Shown piece by piece: positions 11,088 to 22,045 of a stretch of 64,000 nucleotides of DNA. The position numbers and the translations under genes are program-made. Numbering within the stretch: the first letter of the stretch is position 1; every line of letters begins with the position of its first letter. Origin of the DNA: Dehalococcoidia bacterium (lineage in GTDB: Bacteria > Chloroflexota > Dehalococcoidia > Lucifugimonadales > VXLM01); assembly GCA_963662435.1 (NCBI GenBank), contig OY759598.1, positions 776,507-840,506 of the forward strand. The letters run 5' to 3'. The notes below the pieces were generated by a model. It saw only the letters and a program-made list of their open reading frames with translations, did not search any database and was not told where the DNA came from.

Positions 11088-11259
11088 GCCTTGTGTTCTG
11101 GCTGCCTTGGAATCCGTGCTGCGACGGTCATTTACGAGCGGTGCTAAGAGCGAGGTGATTTTCGATGCGTCTATTGGACGTCCTCCTTACCTTAAGCGCC
11201 TTGCCGATGGGAGGGCGAGCGCTGCTAGGGGTCTTGACACCGCTTCGCTGCTCGCGGAC
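11088..11259 (-). promoter_or_regulatory. Putative CRISPR leader
   Basis: Non-coding gap between the cas4-cas1 stop and the first repeat in the inferred transcription direction. Confidence 0.65.
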
Positions 11260-13038
11260 TTATCGCGTCACGAAGACCGGGTACTCACTAAGTTCTCCCT
11301 GCAGCGTCTTGGCGAGTAGTCGGGCTTGCATCTCAAGCAGTCTGCGATAGCTGACACGGTATCCGAAGAACGGATGCGTTACAAGCGTCTCCATTCTGGC
11401 CTCGTAGGCGCGGAAGAAACCCTTTCGTCCTCCGGGCGTGAGTGATACGGCTTGTCCAGCCCTCACGAAGTCACGCTCCGAGACCATTTTGGTATTCACG
11501 GCGCTCAGCACCGCCGAGTCCGCAATGAGAGGACGCAGCGGCTCCATCAGGTCCAGCGCCAGGGCGGGGCGACCATGACGGGGCTGATGGTAGAAGCCAA
11601 TCATCGGGTCGAAGCCCACGGCGTAGCAGGCGACAGTGAGGTCCTTGACCAGCAGACTATATCCGAGCGACAACAGCGCGTTAACCGGGTCGCGAGGCGG
11701 TCTCCGATTCCGCGACGCGAAATCGAACGACAATCCCTCCTTGACCTCTCCATCGTGCTCACGCTTCACCATGCCGGAGAATAGTCCGAAGTATATCCGG
11801 GCCGCCCAACCCTCTAGGCCCAGCAGTTCGTCGAGCGACTCTGCCGCCTCTGCGCGTCCGATGAGACGCTTCATTTCCCGCATGTCCAGTTCCGGCGGCT
11901 CGATGTGATTGCGCAGGAGCATCGTTCGCTGATTGCGAATCTTGCCCGCCACCAGCTTCCTGGCCAGACGCAGGCAGAACCACTCCTCCTCGGCAAGGCG
12001 GAATTGCGCCCGGCGCAAGAACACGTTCTTGGTGCCGAGCCCGGTCGTCATCCCGTAGAACCAACCACCCTGCGAGAAGTAGCAAATCGGCTTCTCCTCA
12101 CGGCATAGTTCCTGCACCGCCTGAGTGGTGATCTGGACGGCGCCCATCAGGTTGACTTGGCATATCTCGTTGATACGCGCGTCCTGCACCACTTTGTCGT
12201 TCTCTTTGATGCGCAGAACGCCGCCGGACTTGCCGACTCGCAGCTTCGGGGAGTTCAGGTAGAGAGGCCGCAGTTCCGTGCGTGGAGCTACGAGCAACCT
12301 CGTCGCTTTCTCTTTCGACATATCGGGGACTCTTGGATCTGCCTCGAACAGTTTGAGTTGGCCCGACCCGCCATTGCCCGCGTGCGAGTGCAGGTTCCAA
12401 GTTTCGTCCGGCATACAGATACCGACCAGAGAACAGCCAGGGCACTTGGGAGAGTCGATTAGCGGTGGAGGTATTGCGGTAGCCGCTGCCGTCTCCCACG
12501 CATCTGCAATCGCCTTCTCTGCCCAGGCCATCGTCCCGTCGTCGAACGGGACTCGGACTCTTTGCCGTGTCTTGTGGTAGAAAACCACACCTTCGTCGCT
12601 ACGATAGCCGTTCGCGCGCAGCACCAACCCTTGAACGGCCATTTGGACGCGGTCACTCGGCCAGACTTCCACGCCGTCAGCGGACTTCATTGGACGCCCG
12701 TGCTTGTAATCGACCGGCGTAGCCCGCCCACCATCGAACTCCGCCAGGTCCAGCTTGGCGATCACCCTATACTCATCCGACGACAGGATTATCGAGCGTA
12801 CCACTACCGGCACTTCGGACTCTTCATCCGGCTTTGGGGCCGACTTGCCTTCCTTGTCGACCCGCTTGTGCTGTACCGAGCCTTCGACGGTGTGCTCGTT
12901 GTCAACGAACACGCCCTCCACTTGCTCGAAGTAGAACAGGCGCGGGCAGTATACGTGCTCATTGATCATGCGCGCGGGCAGATAGTCGGGCAGCGCGCGG
13001 CTTGAAGGTGTGGCATCAACGGCAGGCTGAGCGGTCAT
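11260..13038 (-). CDS. cas1: Cas4-Cas1 fusion (type I-G)
   Basis: N-terminal Cas4 (YCPRLFY, KLD, DYKHG, KCPGCSLVGIC Fe-S cysteines); C-terminal Cas1 (GLEG, RRPPRDPVNALLS, LALDLMEPLR). Confidence 0.95.
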   Translation of the reverse strand: MTAQPAVDATPSSRALPDYLPARMINEHVYCPRLFYFEQVEGVFVDNEHTVEGSVQHKRVDKEGKSAPKPDEESEVPVVVRSIILSSDEYRVIAKLDLAEFDGGRATPVDYKHGRPMKSADGVEVWPSDRVQMAVQGLVLRANGYRSDEGVVFYHKTRQRVRVPFDDGTMAWAEKAIADAWETAAATAIPPPLIDSPKCPGCSLVGICMPDETWNLHSHAGNGGSGQLKLFEADPRVPDMSKEKATRLLVAPRTELRPLYLNSPKLRVGKSGGVLRIKENDKVVQDARINEICQVNLMGAVQITTQAVQELCREEKPICYFSQGGWFYGMTTGLGTKNVFLRRAQFRLAEEEWFCLRLARKLVAGKIRNQRTMLLRNHIEPPELDMREMKRLIGRAEAAESLDELLGLEGWAARIYFGLFSGMVKREHDGEVKEGLSFDFASRNRRPPRDPVNALLSLGYSLLVKDLTVACYAVGFDPMIGFYHQPRHGRPALALDLMEPLRPLIADSAVLSAVNTKMVSERDFVRAGQAVSLTPGGRKGFFRAYEARMETLVTHPFFGYRVSYRRLLEMQARLLAKTLQGELSEYPVFVTR

Positions 13039-13127
13039 TCTTCCGTCCTCCCCTGCTGTCCGGCTATTCGGTTGTTAAGGTGCGAAAGCACACACGGTTG
13101 AGCGAACACCGTCTTAATCTCCTTATG

Positions 13128-13442
<315 letters not shown>

Positions 13443-13542
13443 TCAATCAATCCCACTAAGACGTAGTATGGAAGCGCCACCCCGATTCGTTCAAGCCGCT
13501 TTAGGACATGGTTTTATCGGGATTCGTGGTGGCCGTAGTTGG

Positions 13543-14988
13543 TTAATCACACGAGGGAACGAAAAGCCCCAAGCCGTAGTGGCAAGCGAAACCGAGGGCG
13601 ATGGGGCCGGGGACCTCCTCCGCGAACTCCAGCTCGAAGTTGAACGCTCCGCCCGCGTTGGACCCACCGCCCTGTCGGTACGTGAAGAAATCGAAAGGTC
13701 TGAAGCCGTCAGAACGCCCCTGCTTCATGGGGGCAATACGCTTTTTGGGGTTATACTCAAATATCACATTCACCAGTTGGGGTAAGCCAGGCCGGAGTTT
13801 GATCTCCCGCGCGATCTGTTCCTCGGGGCTGTCCGAATTGCGCTTGCGATGGCGCGTGAGGACGTAAGGAGTGAGCGAACGCCACCGCTTGCTCTTGCCG
13901 AACAGGCACGACGCGCCAATGAAATCGTCAGGTTTCCCATGAGCCTGGTACGCCAGTCGAATCGGATCACGCCCACCGCCTCGTTTAAGCTCCTGCACCG
14001 AGACGACAGCCTTGAACTCCTTCGCGTCCAATCCACCCGGCGCCCAGATCGTAAGATGGTCCAGCCGACCGTCGCCGTCCTCGTCCGTGGGCAGGTAGAA
14101 GGCGTGCTGGTGTCTCTTCTTCAGAGGATCCCCCGATTCGTCTTTCCCGGACAGGGTTTCGGAAGCTGCCCCGCCGTTCTGCCTGCCGTACTTGGACATC
14201 GTGGCGTCACGCGCCACGTCGCCCCATCGCAGCGTGTCGAAAGCCATCGGCAAGACCTTGCCCGACAGGGCGAACCGGACCACTGTCGCCCCTTCACCGC
14301 GAGCGGCCTGTCGTGGCCGCTCGGTCCGGAACGACGTGAAGCAGTCGCGCTTGCGGACGTACGGGTACCAGTGCGCGCCCTCCGGGTCGATGCGCCCTTC
14401 ACCTCGGAGCTCGGACGTCTCCACCTGTAACTCCTTCAGGCCAATACCGCTGTTCGCGACCAGCGTCCGGACGACCTCCAAGTCACCTCCCGGAAACATG
14501 CCATTATCCAGTGCGTAGGAGTTGGTCTCGACATGTTCCGACGCGAGTTCCGCGCTCACCCACGACTCGGCGCGTCCCAAGTACGGCATGTTGTGGAGGA
14601 TGCGCTCCAAGTCGCTCAGTTGCTGCGAGTCCAAGTTCACGTTCGGCCATACTGCGAACAGGGACTTCTTGGGCTGAATCGCTACAAATGGGTCCAACAC
14701 CAGCGTCGTTCGCTCTCGGGTCCCCTCGTTGTAAGGCATGTAATGCCGCGTATGCCCCTCCGAAGCCGGGGGCAGGTGGAATTTCGGATGCTCCGACGCC
14801 AGCGCTTTGAGTACGGGTTCGACACGGTCGGTCGGGATGTCCGGCAGAGTGCGCCGCCAGGTGGCGACAATCGCTCGCAGTATTCTCCACGGTGACGGCG
14901 GCCATTCCAGCACACCCTCGTTGACGTGCCGCCCCCATTGGGTAGCGTGATAGCGGTTGGCCGTGAACTTGAACTTGATCGCAAGCAC
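13543..14988 (-). CDS. csb2: Type I-G Csb2 (Cas5-Cas6 fusion)
   Basis: EWPPSPWRILRA, YLGRAESWV, C-terminal GPIALGFACHYGLGLF Gly-rich loop. Confidence 0.92.
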   Translation of the reverse strand: MLAIKFKFTANRYHATQWGRHVNEGVLEWPPSPWRILRAIVATWRRTLPDIPTDRVEPVLKALASEHPKFHLPPASEGHTRHYMPYNEGTRERTTLVLDPFVAIQPKKSLFAVWPNVNLDSQQLSDLERILHNMPYLGRAESWVSAELASEHVETNSYALDNGMFPGGDLEVVRTLVANSGIGLKELQVETSELRGEGRIDPEGAHWYPYVRKRDCFTSFRTERPRQAARGEGATVVRFALSGKVLPMAFDTLRWGDVARDATMSKYGRQNGGAASETLSGKDESGDPLKKRHQHAFYLPTDEDGDGRLDHLTIWAPGGLDAKEFKAVVSVQELKRGGGRDPIRLAYQAHGKPDDFIGASCLFGKSKRWRSLTPYVLTRHRKRNSDSPEEQIAREIKLRPGLPQLVNVIFEYNPKKRIAPMKQGRSDGFRPFDFFTYRQGGGSNAGGAFNFELEFAEEVPGPIALGFACHYGLGLFVPSCD

Positions 14989-14994
14989 GGCAGA

Positions 14995-15993
14995 CTACTT
15001 GCCCTTCTTCTCGAACGTGAGTTGCGTCACAGGCGGGTCTGCGAACATCCCTTCCGAGGCGCACGCCTCGATGAGACCGGGTAAGTCGGCCTCCAGTTCA
15101 GACGTAGGCGGGACGCCGAACCCCTGAGGATGCGTGACCTTCAGGCCGCCAACCAAGGCTAGGTCGCAGGCGGTCCGCAGCCGCAACCCGGTCTCCAGAA
15201 ACTTCCGCACCTTCCACAACGCCAATGTGATCAGAAATCTCTCGGCGTTCTCCCCCAGGCCGTAGGCCCTAATCTGCGCTAAATCCAGGTTGAAGTACGC
15301 CGTGATGTTTTCGGCCGTGTACTCCGTCCGGTGGAACGGGACGTTGCCGAAGCCCTCAGCAGCGCTGACGTCCAACCCGATCTGCCTCAAAGACCCTGGC
15401 GAGGGAGCGATCCGGTCGTTCTTAACACCTCCGCTGTCCGTGACATTGGAGTTGCAAGCCTCTATGAACCCGGATAGACATCGCTGAAGGCGGGCAAGTC
15501 CCAACAACTTCTCCAAGAACACCCCGTGCAGGACCGAACCGGGGTCATACTTGAATACGGCTTTGGCTAGGGCAGCGCGATTGAACTCGCCGACCTCCTC
15601 CTTCTCCTTCCGGCCCGGCATCTCCGCCTTAGCTCGGAACTTGTCTGCGAAACCCTCGTCACGCATGATGTACGGCGAGTTGAGCCTGTGGGCCTCCAGA
15701 ATAGAGCTCGTGGTGTCACCGCTGTCCCACAAAGTCACCGAGACGTATGGCATCCCTTTGAGTGCGGAATGCGGCGAACCGCTCGCTTCGTTCCAGCAAA
15801 CGGCTTCCATCCGATTGGCCATCGACTGCGTAGATTCAACCAGCACCGTATCAACCTTGCCGGGAGCTTCATACGTAGCGGCGCCCAGGTCAGGGAAACC
15901 CGTAGGCTGGAACCGAGCCCCCTGTACGGGCTTCAGTTCGGCCTCCATGAGAAGCCGAGGCTCGCTCTCTAACTGCTGCCAATCAATCGTCAT
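14995..15993 (-). CDS. csb1: Type I-G Cas7 (Csb1)
   Basis: RFQPTGFPDLG, ESTQSMANRME, EAHRLNSPY, SGGVKND, GFGNVPF; AGGAGG RBS before ATG 15993. Confidence 0.92.
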   Translation of the reverse strand: MTIDWQQLESEPRLLMEAELKPVQGARFQPTGFPDLGAATYEAPGKVDTVLVESTQSMANRMEAVCWNEASGSPHSALKGMPYVSVTLWDSGDTTSSILEAHRLNSPYIMRDEGFADKFRAKAEMPGRKEKEEVGEFNRAALAKAVFKYDPGSVLHGVFLEKLLGLARLQRCLSGFIEACNSNVTDSGGVKNDRIAPSPGSLRQIGLDVSAAEGFGNVPFHRTEYTAENITAYFNLDLAQIRAYGLGENAERFLITLALWKVRKFLETGLRLRTACDLALVGGLKVTHPQGFGVPPTSELEADLPGLIEACASEGMFADPPVTQLTFEKKGK

Positions 15994-16043
15994 GTTGAAA
16001 TCCTCCTGATGATTATTGCGGCTGCGAGTTGCTATCACGCCAC

Positions 16044-18290
16044 CTATTCCGTTTCGAGTCTGTCCGGCTTACGCACGGCGCGTTCCGCCAGGGTCTTGTA
16101 ACTGCTTTCGTCCAGCGGGAACAGCAGCGCGGCGGCCAGACGACGGCCCTGATCGGATCTGTCCGCAATGCCGGGCTCCTCCGATAGCGGTCGCAGCCCG
16201 GACGCCTTTAACCGGCGATACGCCACTCGGTAAGCGTCCGCCACTCTCCCCGCACGCAGCATCGCCAGCATAGACGGCTCCATGGCGATGTCGATACCCT
16301 CACCATCGACTCCGAACTCCGGGCATACGAACTTGCCCGGCAGTAGCGTCAATTTCATCGCTGCATAGGCGGCGGGCAGTTCGAACAACCTCTGAGGCAG
16401 TGGCTCTCCTCCCGCTTGATTACGCTCGTACGTAACGAACGACAGGGGCAGGGCGAGGTCCACCACCCGCTGAGCGTCCGTCTCTCCGTTCAGGAATGCC
16501 ACGACATCATCCAACCGAGCTGAGTATGCAGCGTTCAGCGGGGGATGACCCAGACTGTTCATCCGTCCTTCAAGGCATCGGCGTTCGAGTACGGCAAGCA
16601 TATTCGAATACGGGTCGCCTGCAGTCCAGACGAAAGACGTGCTGTCCGTATCCCACTCTGTCCGCTTATAGGGGTGTGTTTGCACGGCCTCAAAATTCTC
16701 ACGAACCAGCCCGAGTTTGCACTCTCCCTGCTCCGGTTCGAGCAGGATCGACGACATGGCGCGGGCCAGCATAAACTCGGCTGACTCGTCATCGGGATGG
16801 TCAAGCCAATGCTCCGAGAGATTGTTGAGTGGACGAACACCCTTCCCCTTATCGTTGTCTCTCGTGAGACCGGATCTTGACACCCACCGCTCGGCGCGCC
16901 CCACGGCTACCAGCACGTCCTGTAGGTCGCGCTTCCCCCCTCGCTGGCAGAATTCAATAATTGCGCCCTCTACTTGTCTCAAGACCGTGCCGAGGCCAGC
17001 TGGTGCGTTGTTACCTCTCATCTGGCTATGGAGACTCTGCATCCATACGTCCAGGTCGAATAGAACGTTGGCACGTTCCGTAGTTTCTTTATCGCTTTGA
17101 ACATAAAATCGTCCCAGCGGAGTGGCCAAATCCGATTGCCCGTTCCGTTCTATAAACCCAAACCGCTGGAACTGAGAAATCCCTCGCTCAATTCCCAGTC
17201 CAACAACTGCCCTTGCAAAATCTGTGCCGCTCGTCCCCTGTCGTCGCCCCATCTGAGCACGCCCTTCTGCTAACAGATGGGTCAATTCCCTCAGATTTGC
17301 GTGTTGTCCCCAAATCGGAACCCAGAACTCGGTCAATCCCCCATACTCGGAATCTACGGATGTCCCGTACCCTGCAGCTGATCCGTCAACCGTAAACGGG
17401 AATACCGCCTTCGTCCGAGTTTGTGGAGACATCCGGCGAGCGGCAGCTCCAGCGAACAGCAGTGCGCCCTCGAACATGAGCACGTAGTCCCAAGGGTTCG
17501 TCAGTGCATCGTCGTTGAAACCGACCGTCGCATTGGCACCCCCAACTCCTCCTGGATTGTAGAATCCTGTTGTCCGGTTCAACAGTTTGGGAGAACCCTC
17601 ATTGAACAGAGCTGCGATAATCCGGTCTCGTGTGATGGTCTCACTATCACATACGTTCATGATGTTCAATGCAGAGACCACGTTCTGCATGAAGTTGTTA
17701 CTGAAATCTAACCTGCCATCATTGCCTCCACTGCCAAGCAACGGAGGATATTTCACTCCATCAGTAGTAAGGACATAGGCTACATCAAGCCATCCCAGCG
17801 CATCGTCGGGTAAGTAAGCCCGGCATTGAGCTAGAATCTCGCCTTTTGTTTGGTTCCTAGCCTTGGTAGCCTCCGCCCTTGCCGTCTTTTTCGCATCAGA
17901 CGCACCTATCTTCTCTGCTTCTTCAAACTGCGTGATCAAGGGCGGCATGGCTTTGACAGTCTTCGAGGCCATGACAGTCTTTCGATATGGTTGCAACCGG
18001 TCGTCATATGAAGAACTGAGAACAGTGATAGCATCCTGATTGTCTCTCGGATAGAAGCCGCTCCCCCCATTCCACGGCGACACGATGGGCGTTGGCCTGT
18101 ACTCCTCCAGGAAGAACTCCACCAGAGCATCCCTGTCCAGCGCCGAATCCAGCGTGAAAGTGTCGATATGCCACCAGGCGCGGGCATCCGGGTCCTTCTG
18201 TTCGGCCACCATGCGGAAGATGCCCAGCGCCTTCAGGTAGGCCATCAGTGGCTCGGGGGCACAGCCCCGCAGCTCCAGTACATGGCTCAC
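16044..18290 (-). CDS. csx17: Type I-G large subunit Cas8g (Csx17)
   Basis: YLKALG, PTPIVSPWNGGSGF, LGSGGNDGRLDFSNNFM, NPWDYVLMFEG. Confidence 0.9.
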   Translation of the reverse strand: MSHVLELRGCAPEPLMAYLKALGIFRMVAEQKDPDARAWWHIDTFTLDSALDRDALVEFFLEEYRPTPIVSPWNGGSGFYPRDNQDAITVLSSSYDDRLQPYRKTVMASKTVKAMPPLITQFEEAEKIGASDAKKTARAEATKARNQTKGEILAQCRAYLPDDALGWLDVAYVLTTDGVKYPPLLGSGGNDGRLDFSNNFMQNVVSALNIMNVCDSETITRDRIIAALFNEGSPKLLNRTTGFYNPGGVGGANATVGFNDDALTNPWDYVLMFEGALLFAGAAARRMSPQTRTKAVFPFTVDGSAAGYGTSVDSEYGGLTEFWVPIWGQHANLRELTHLLAEGRAQMGRRQGTSGTDFARAVVGLGIERGISQFQRFGFIERNGQSDLATPLGRFYVQSDKETTERANVLFDLDVWMQSLHSQMRGNNAPAGLGTVLRQVEGAIIEFCQRGGKRDLQDVLVAVGRAERWVSRSGLTRDNDKGKGVRPLNNLSEHWLDHPDDESAEFMLARAMSSILLEPEQGECKLGLVRENFEAVQTHPYKRTEWDTDSTSFVWTAGDPYSNMLAVLERRCLEGRMNSLGHPPLNAAYSARLDDVVAFLNGETDAQRVVDLALPLSFVTYERNQAGGEPLPQRLFELPAAYAAMKLTLLPGKFVCPEFGVDGEGIDIAMEPSMLAMLRAGRVADAYRVAYRRLKASGLRPLSEEPGIADRSDQGRRLAAALLFPLDESSYKTLAERAVRKPDRLETE

Positions 18291-20707
18291 TTTGCCGCCT
18301 CCTTCTGCTCATCCCTGCTGACCCTCATGTCGGCGGCCCGCACTATCGCCTCCAGGTACGCCAGCCTGAACGGTCCGTAGCGCTCAAGCAACGTCAGGCT
18401 CCGCTCCAGCCATGACCGTCTCCCGTTCTCGTCCATCCCAATCTGCGCTATGGACATGTCCAGCGTCGTTTCGGGTACAAGCAGCCCTTCGCCCAAGTCC
18501 ACCGACGGCAGTGTCTCGTAATCCGGCACCGGATACCCAAGTAGCTTGTCCGGGTCCGGGTTGCTGTCCTTGTTTCCCGTTCGCGCTCCCGGCAGCGACC
18601 TTATACCGAGCCTCACCTTGCCGTGATGCGCTGCCGCCAAGTACGCGGCGAGGTCTCGCGTCTCGCCCTCAGGCAATGCCGCATGTTTCAGCACCGCCAG
18701 CGCGCTTCCAAGCTCGTGTCGGAAGTGACGGCGGTTAGTGTCGAATCTCCCATCGCCGGGGCTCTTGGCCATGATTTCGTTTTCACCGGGAGGACCCTTA
18801 CTATCCGGCAACTTTTTTCGCAACATCTCTTGGAACGCGCAGTGGACTTTCCCTGCGTCGTGATACAACGCCGCCAGCGCCACTGCTTCGAGGACGCCGG
18901 GCTCGAATTGCCCAGACAGCACGTCGAGAATAGCGCGGGCCTTGCGCTCGACATTGCGGGAGTGGTCGGAGAGGGTCACCCAACACTTCCGGTTAGTGTT
19001 CGTCAGCTCCGAGCCCTGGCCGTCCTCCGGCTCCCCCTCCATGCCTCCAACAGGCTCTACTCTCTCCTTACTGGAAGCGTCCCAGCCCGTCTCCGAAGTG
19101 TATCCACCCTGATTCGCGTTCAGGATCAGCGTCATGCCCGGATGGATTTCGCGAGACCGAATCTCTCGCCACTCGCTATCCAAGAAGTCCCATATCCACG
19201 CCTTGCGTTTATCGTCCTTTTTGAAGTAATCGTCGATGCCTTTGGACCCAAGCGGCACACTCACGGTCTCGTCATGCCGCACTTTCGGCTTGCCCGCATC
19301 CGGTCCCCCTTCTGGAACGTCCCGCCAGAACACCGACACGTCCTTCTCATCCGTCCCACGGACGTACTGCGACACGTCCAGATAGCTCCCAGACAGGTCG
19401 GGCGTAGTATCGAACAGTCCCACCACGTCCCGCCTACGAATGACAGTGGTGTGGTCGGCGTCCCTCATCTTGTCGCCCATGTCTTCGAGCGCGGCCGGCC
19501 CTACGGACTTGCCTTGCGGGGACTCCATGATTCCGCGGGCGTGGTCAACTTCCTCCGACTTGTATGGCGCCGCGTCCTCGTCCACGTCCACCCACAGGAC
19601 ATCGCCCTGATCGTACTTGCCCTCGCGATTGCACCGCCCGAATCGCTGCACCATCGACGCCCACGGCGCAAGCTCCGTTATCAGCGTCCGTGCCGATATG
19701 TCGACGCCCGCCTCGACCGCCTGCGTCGCCACTACGACAATTCCAGAGCCGGACTCGTCCACGTCCGACGTAATCGCCGACTGTTTCTTCTCTCGGTCGG
19801 ACGCCCGGAAGCGCGAGTGGACCAGTACTTTCTCGGCATCCAGCGATGTACGCTTGGCGTTGTTCAGCTCGCGGTACACTTTTTGAGCGCGTTCCACTGT
19901 GTTGACGATCGCCAGCGTCAGCGTGCCGGGCTCGTGCTTCTCCGCAATCAGCGCAGCCATATTGCGAGCGTATCGGTTACCGCTTTCCACATGGACTTTG
20001 GTCACAACCTTCCGTGCGTAGTGGCGTTTACTCAGCCGAGGGTCCGCCAAGTCGTCGTGGCCAAGCTCGACGACCTTGGCCGCGGGAGGCTCCGGGTGGT
20101 CTATCGTGTAGAGCCACTCGCGGCGAGCGGTCGCGGACATCCATACGCTCTGGGCGGGGCCGAAGGTCTCCAACTTGCCGCGCAGCCCGGCGAGCTGCGT
20201 CGACGTGGGCAGGCCGTTCGCCATGAGCTGGACTTCGTCCATCACCCATAGGCAGTCGTTGTTCAGTAGGCCGTACTCGACGGGCCACATGTTGTAGCCC
20301 ATGCCGTAGCCGCGGTTCAGGGCACGGGACAACAGCATGTCCTGAGTCCCGACGACAATAAACGGCTTCTCCGGCTCCAGATACCACTGCGTTCGCGGCT
20401 CTCCACCCATGAGCTTGACGAGCCCAACATCGTCCGTCATGTCCAGGCTCTCAAGCCACCCATTGACCCGATCCACTGTCTGCTCCACAAGCGTCCGCAT
20501 CGGCAAGCAGTAGACCAACCGGCGCGGCACGGCGGCGTCCCCGCGCTCGCAACGCAGATACAGCCATCCCAAGACCGCAGCCTCGGTCTTTCCCGCGCCC
20601 GTGGGGACCCGTAGGAGTGAGAACTGACCATGGCTCTCGGCGAGCCAAGCCTGATACGGGTACGGAGGGAACCCGGTCGCCCTATTGAAGAACTCTGTGT
20701 AGGTCAT
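18287..20707 (-). CDS. cas3: Cas3 helicase with C-terminal HD nuclease (type I-G architecture)
   Basis: PTGAGKT, DEVQ, QAVEAGVDIS, QRFGRCNR; C-terminal HDAGK, FRHE, HHGK, AAD. Confidence 0.95.
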   Translation of the reverse strand: MTYTEFFNRATGFPPYPYQAWLAESHGQFSLLRVPTGAGKTEAAVLGWLYLRCERGDAAVPRRLVYCLPMRTLVEQTVDRVNGWLESLDMTDDVGLVKLMGGEPRTQWYLEPEKPFIVVGTQDMLLSRALNRGYGMGYNMWPVEYGLLNNDCLWVMDEVQLMANGLPTSTQLAGLRGKLETFGPAQSVWMSATARREWLYTIDHPEPPAAKVVELGHDDLADPRLSKRHYARKVVTKVHVESGNRYARNMAALIAEKHEPGTLTLAIVNTVERAQKVYRELNNAKRTSLDAEKVLVHSRFRASDREKKQSAITSDVDESGSGIVVVATQAVEAGVDISARTLITELAPWASMVQRFGRCNREGKYDQGDVLWVDVDEDAAPYKSEEVDHARGIMESPQGKSVGPAALEDMGDKMRDADHTTVIRRRDVVGLFDTTPDLSGSYLDVSQYVRGTDEKDVSVFWRDVPEGGPDAGKPKVRHDETVSVPLGSKGIDDYFKKDDKRKAWIWDFLDSEWREIRSREIHPGMTLILNANQGGYTSETGWDASSKERVEPVGGMEGEPEDGQGSELTNTNRKCWVTLSDHSRNVERKARAILDVLSGQFEPGVLEAVALAALYHDAGKVHCAFQEMLRKKLPDSKGPPGENEIMAKSPGDGRFDTNRRHFRHELGSALAVLKHAALPEGETRDLAAYLAAAHHGKVRLGIRSLPGARTGNKDSNPDPDKLLGYPVPDYETLPSVDLGEGLLVPETTLDMSIAQIGMDENGRRSWLERSLTLLERYGPFRLAYLEAIVRAADMRVSRDEQKEAAK

Positions 20708-21059
20708 TTGTCTCCTTAGCCTTAAACCCTACCACAAGAGCTCTGAAGTACCCGAGAACAATAGAATGCGCTCTCGCGCCTTGGTCAAGCAAAGGGAGGC
20801 GCTTTGAGAATGTTCAAGGCGACGTAGCTCCACGTCACTGTTGGGTGGCCGCCCCATTTTGATGGTGAAGATTCCGGCGACCCGTCCAAGGTCCGTAGAG
20901 CAGGATGTCGATGCAACCAACCAGGTGTGGCCCGTCTTATCACGTTTGAGTAGGTTTGTAGCCCCCGGCTACCTGCGACCCCTTATTCGACGCCGGCAGC
21001 CTCCAATTCGGCTGTCCATGAGAACCTCACTTTGTTGTGTCGATTGACAGACAGAGAAC

Positions 21060-21731
21060 GACTACAGCGTGTACGTCATGAGGCAGGCCTCCCGCCGGTC
21101 GTGGCGTATCGGGCAGACCCGCCCGGTGAAGGTGGTGTTCATGAGCTACCGGAACACCCTGCAGGCCGACGCCCTGAAGCTGGTGGCGAAGAAGCTCCAG
21201 AGCTCACTCGCCGTCGAGGGCGAGCTGCCGGAGGACGGGCTTGCGGCCTACGGCGATGAGGGCGACGACATGATGATGGCGCTGGCCCGCAAGATCGTCA
21301 GCGGCGAGGAGGAGGACGACGAGTCGGTGGAGGAGGTCTTCGCCCAGGCACGGAACGCCGAGGCGGACGCCGAGGAGCTGCTGGTGGACGACGGCTGGAA
21401 GGCGGACGAGATCGAGCCGGAGGCCGTACCGGTCAACGGGAAAGGACACCACGCCAACGGGCACGACGACCTGTTCGGCATCGGGCCGGCGGTCGAGCTT
21501 GTCCCGGCCAGCGGGCACGCGTCCTCCAACGGGAACGGCACCAATGGCAACGGACACCACGACGACGCCGAGGAGCCGCAGCAGTCGCTGTTCTCCTGGA
21601 CCGAGTTCATGGCAGAGGAGCCGGTCAGGCCCAAGCGCCGCCACGGGAAGCCCCGGCCCGCGTCCCTCTCGATGTTCGAGTGGGCGATGGAGCAGGAGCG
21701 GGAGAAGGAGCCGGTCGGCGCGGGGCGCTAG
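21060..21731 (+). pseudogene. C-terminal remnant of a large ICE backbone helicase
   Basis: Begins abruptly at helicase motif VI-like DYSVYVMRQASRRSWRIGQ; no upstream helicase core; high-GC codon usage starts here. Confidence 0.75.
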
Positions 21732-21790
21732 ACCGCACCGGTACGGGAGGGGCCGTCGCTAAGGCAGCGGCGGTCTCCCCGCACACGTCA
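21691..21790 (+). repeat. Copy 1 of ~100-bp direct repeat (helicase 3' end plus hairpin)
   Basis: 28 bp AGCAGGAGCGGGAGAAGGAGCCGGTCGG identical to 26423-26450; similarity continues into a hairpin. Confidence 0.85.
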
Positions 21791-21827
21791 GCAGAGCGAG
21801 ACAGCACACACGCAAAGGAGAAGAACG

Positions 21828-22034
21828 ATGGCAAGGATCTTTGTATACGACGACCGTGAGTTCCCAGACCCCGATGCAGGGATGACCGTCGACGAGGTGA
21901 AGGCAACGCTCTCGGATTTCTACGGGGAGATAGCGAACGCTTCGGTGAAAGAGACCAAGCGCGGCGACGACACCGTCTACGAGTTCCAGCGGCGGGTGGG
22001 CACCAAGGGCGCCCACGCCCGGAACCCGGGGTAG
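21828..22034 (+). CDS. PRTRC protein C-like prokaryotic ubiquitin-like protein
   Basis: FPDPD...TVDEVK...FYGEIANA...YEFQRRVGTKG; AAGGAG RBS; clustered with E1/E2/JAB. Confidence 0.8.
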   Translation: MARIFVYDDREFPDPDAGMTVDEVKATLSDFYGEIANASVKETKRGDDTVYEFQRRVGTKGAHARNPG

Positions 22035-22045
22035 GAGGGCATCCG

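Noticed and set aside
8802..11131. ORFs with repeated IRDRQVAAPLK / YPRPSGRGPIEA peptides
   Set aside because: They are translations of the CRISPR repeats
18623..20251. Long antisense ORFs (also 23529-24902, 44179-45603, 48781-50136, 50164-51672)
   Set aside because: Shadow ORFs opposite well-supported high-GC genes, with no motifs
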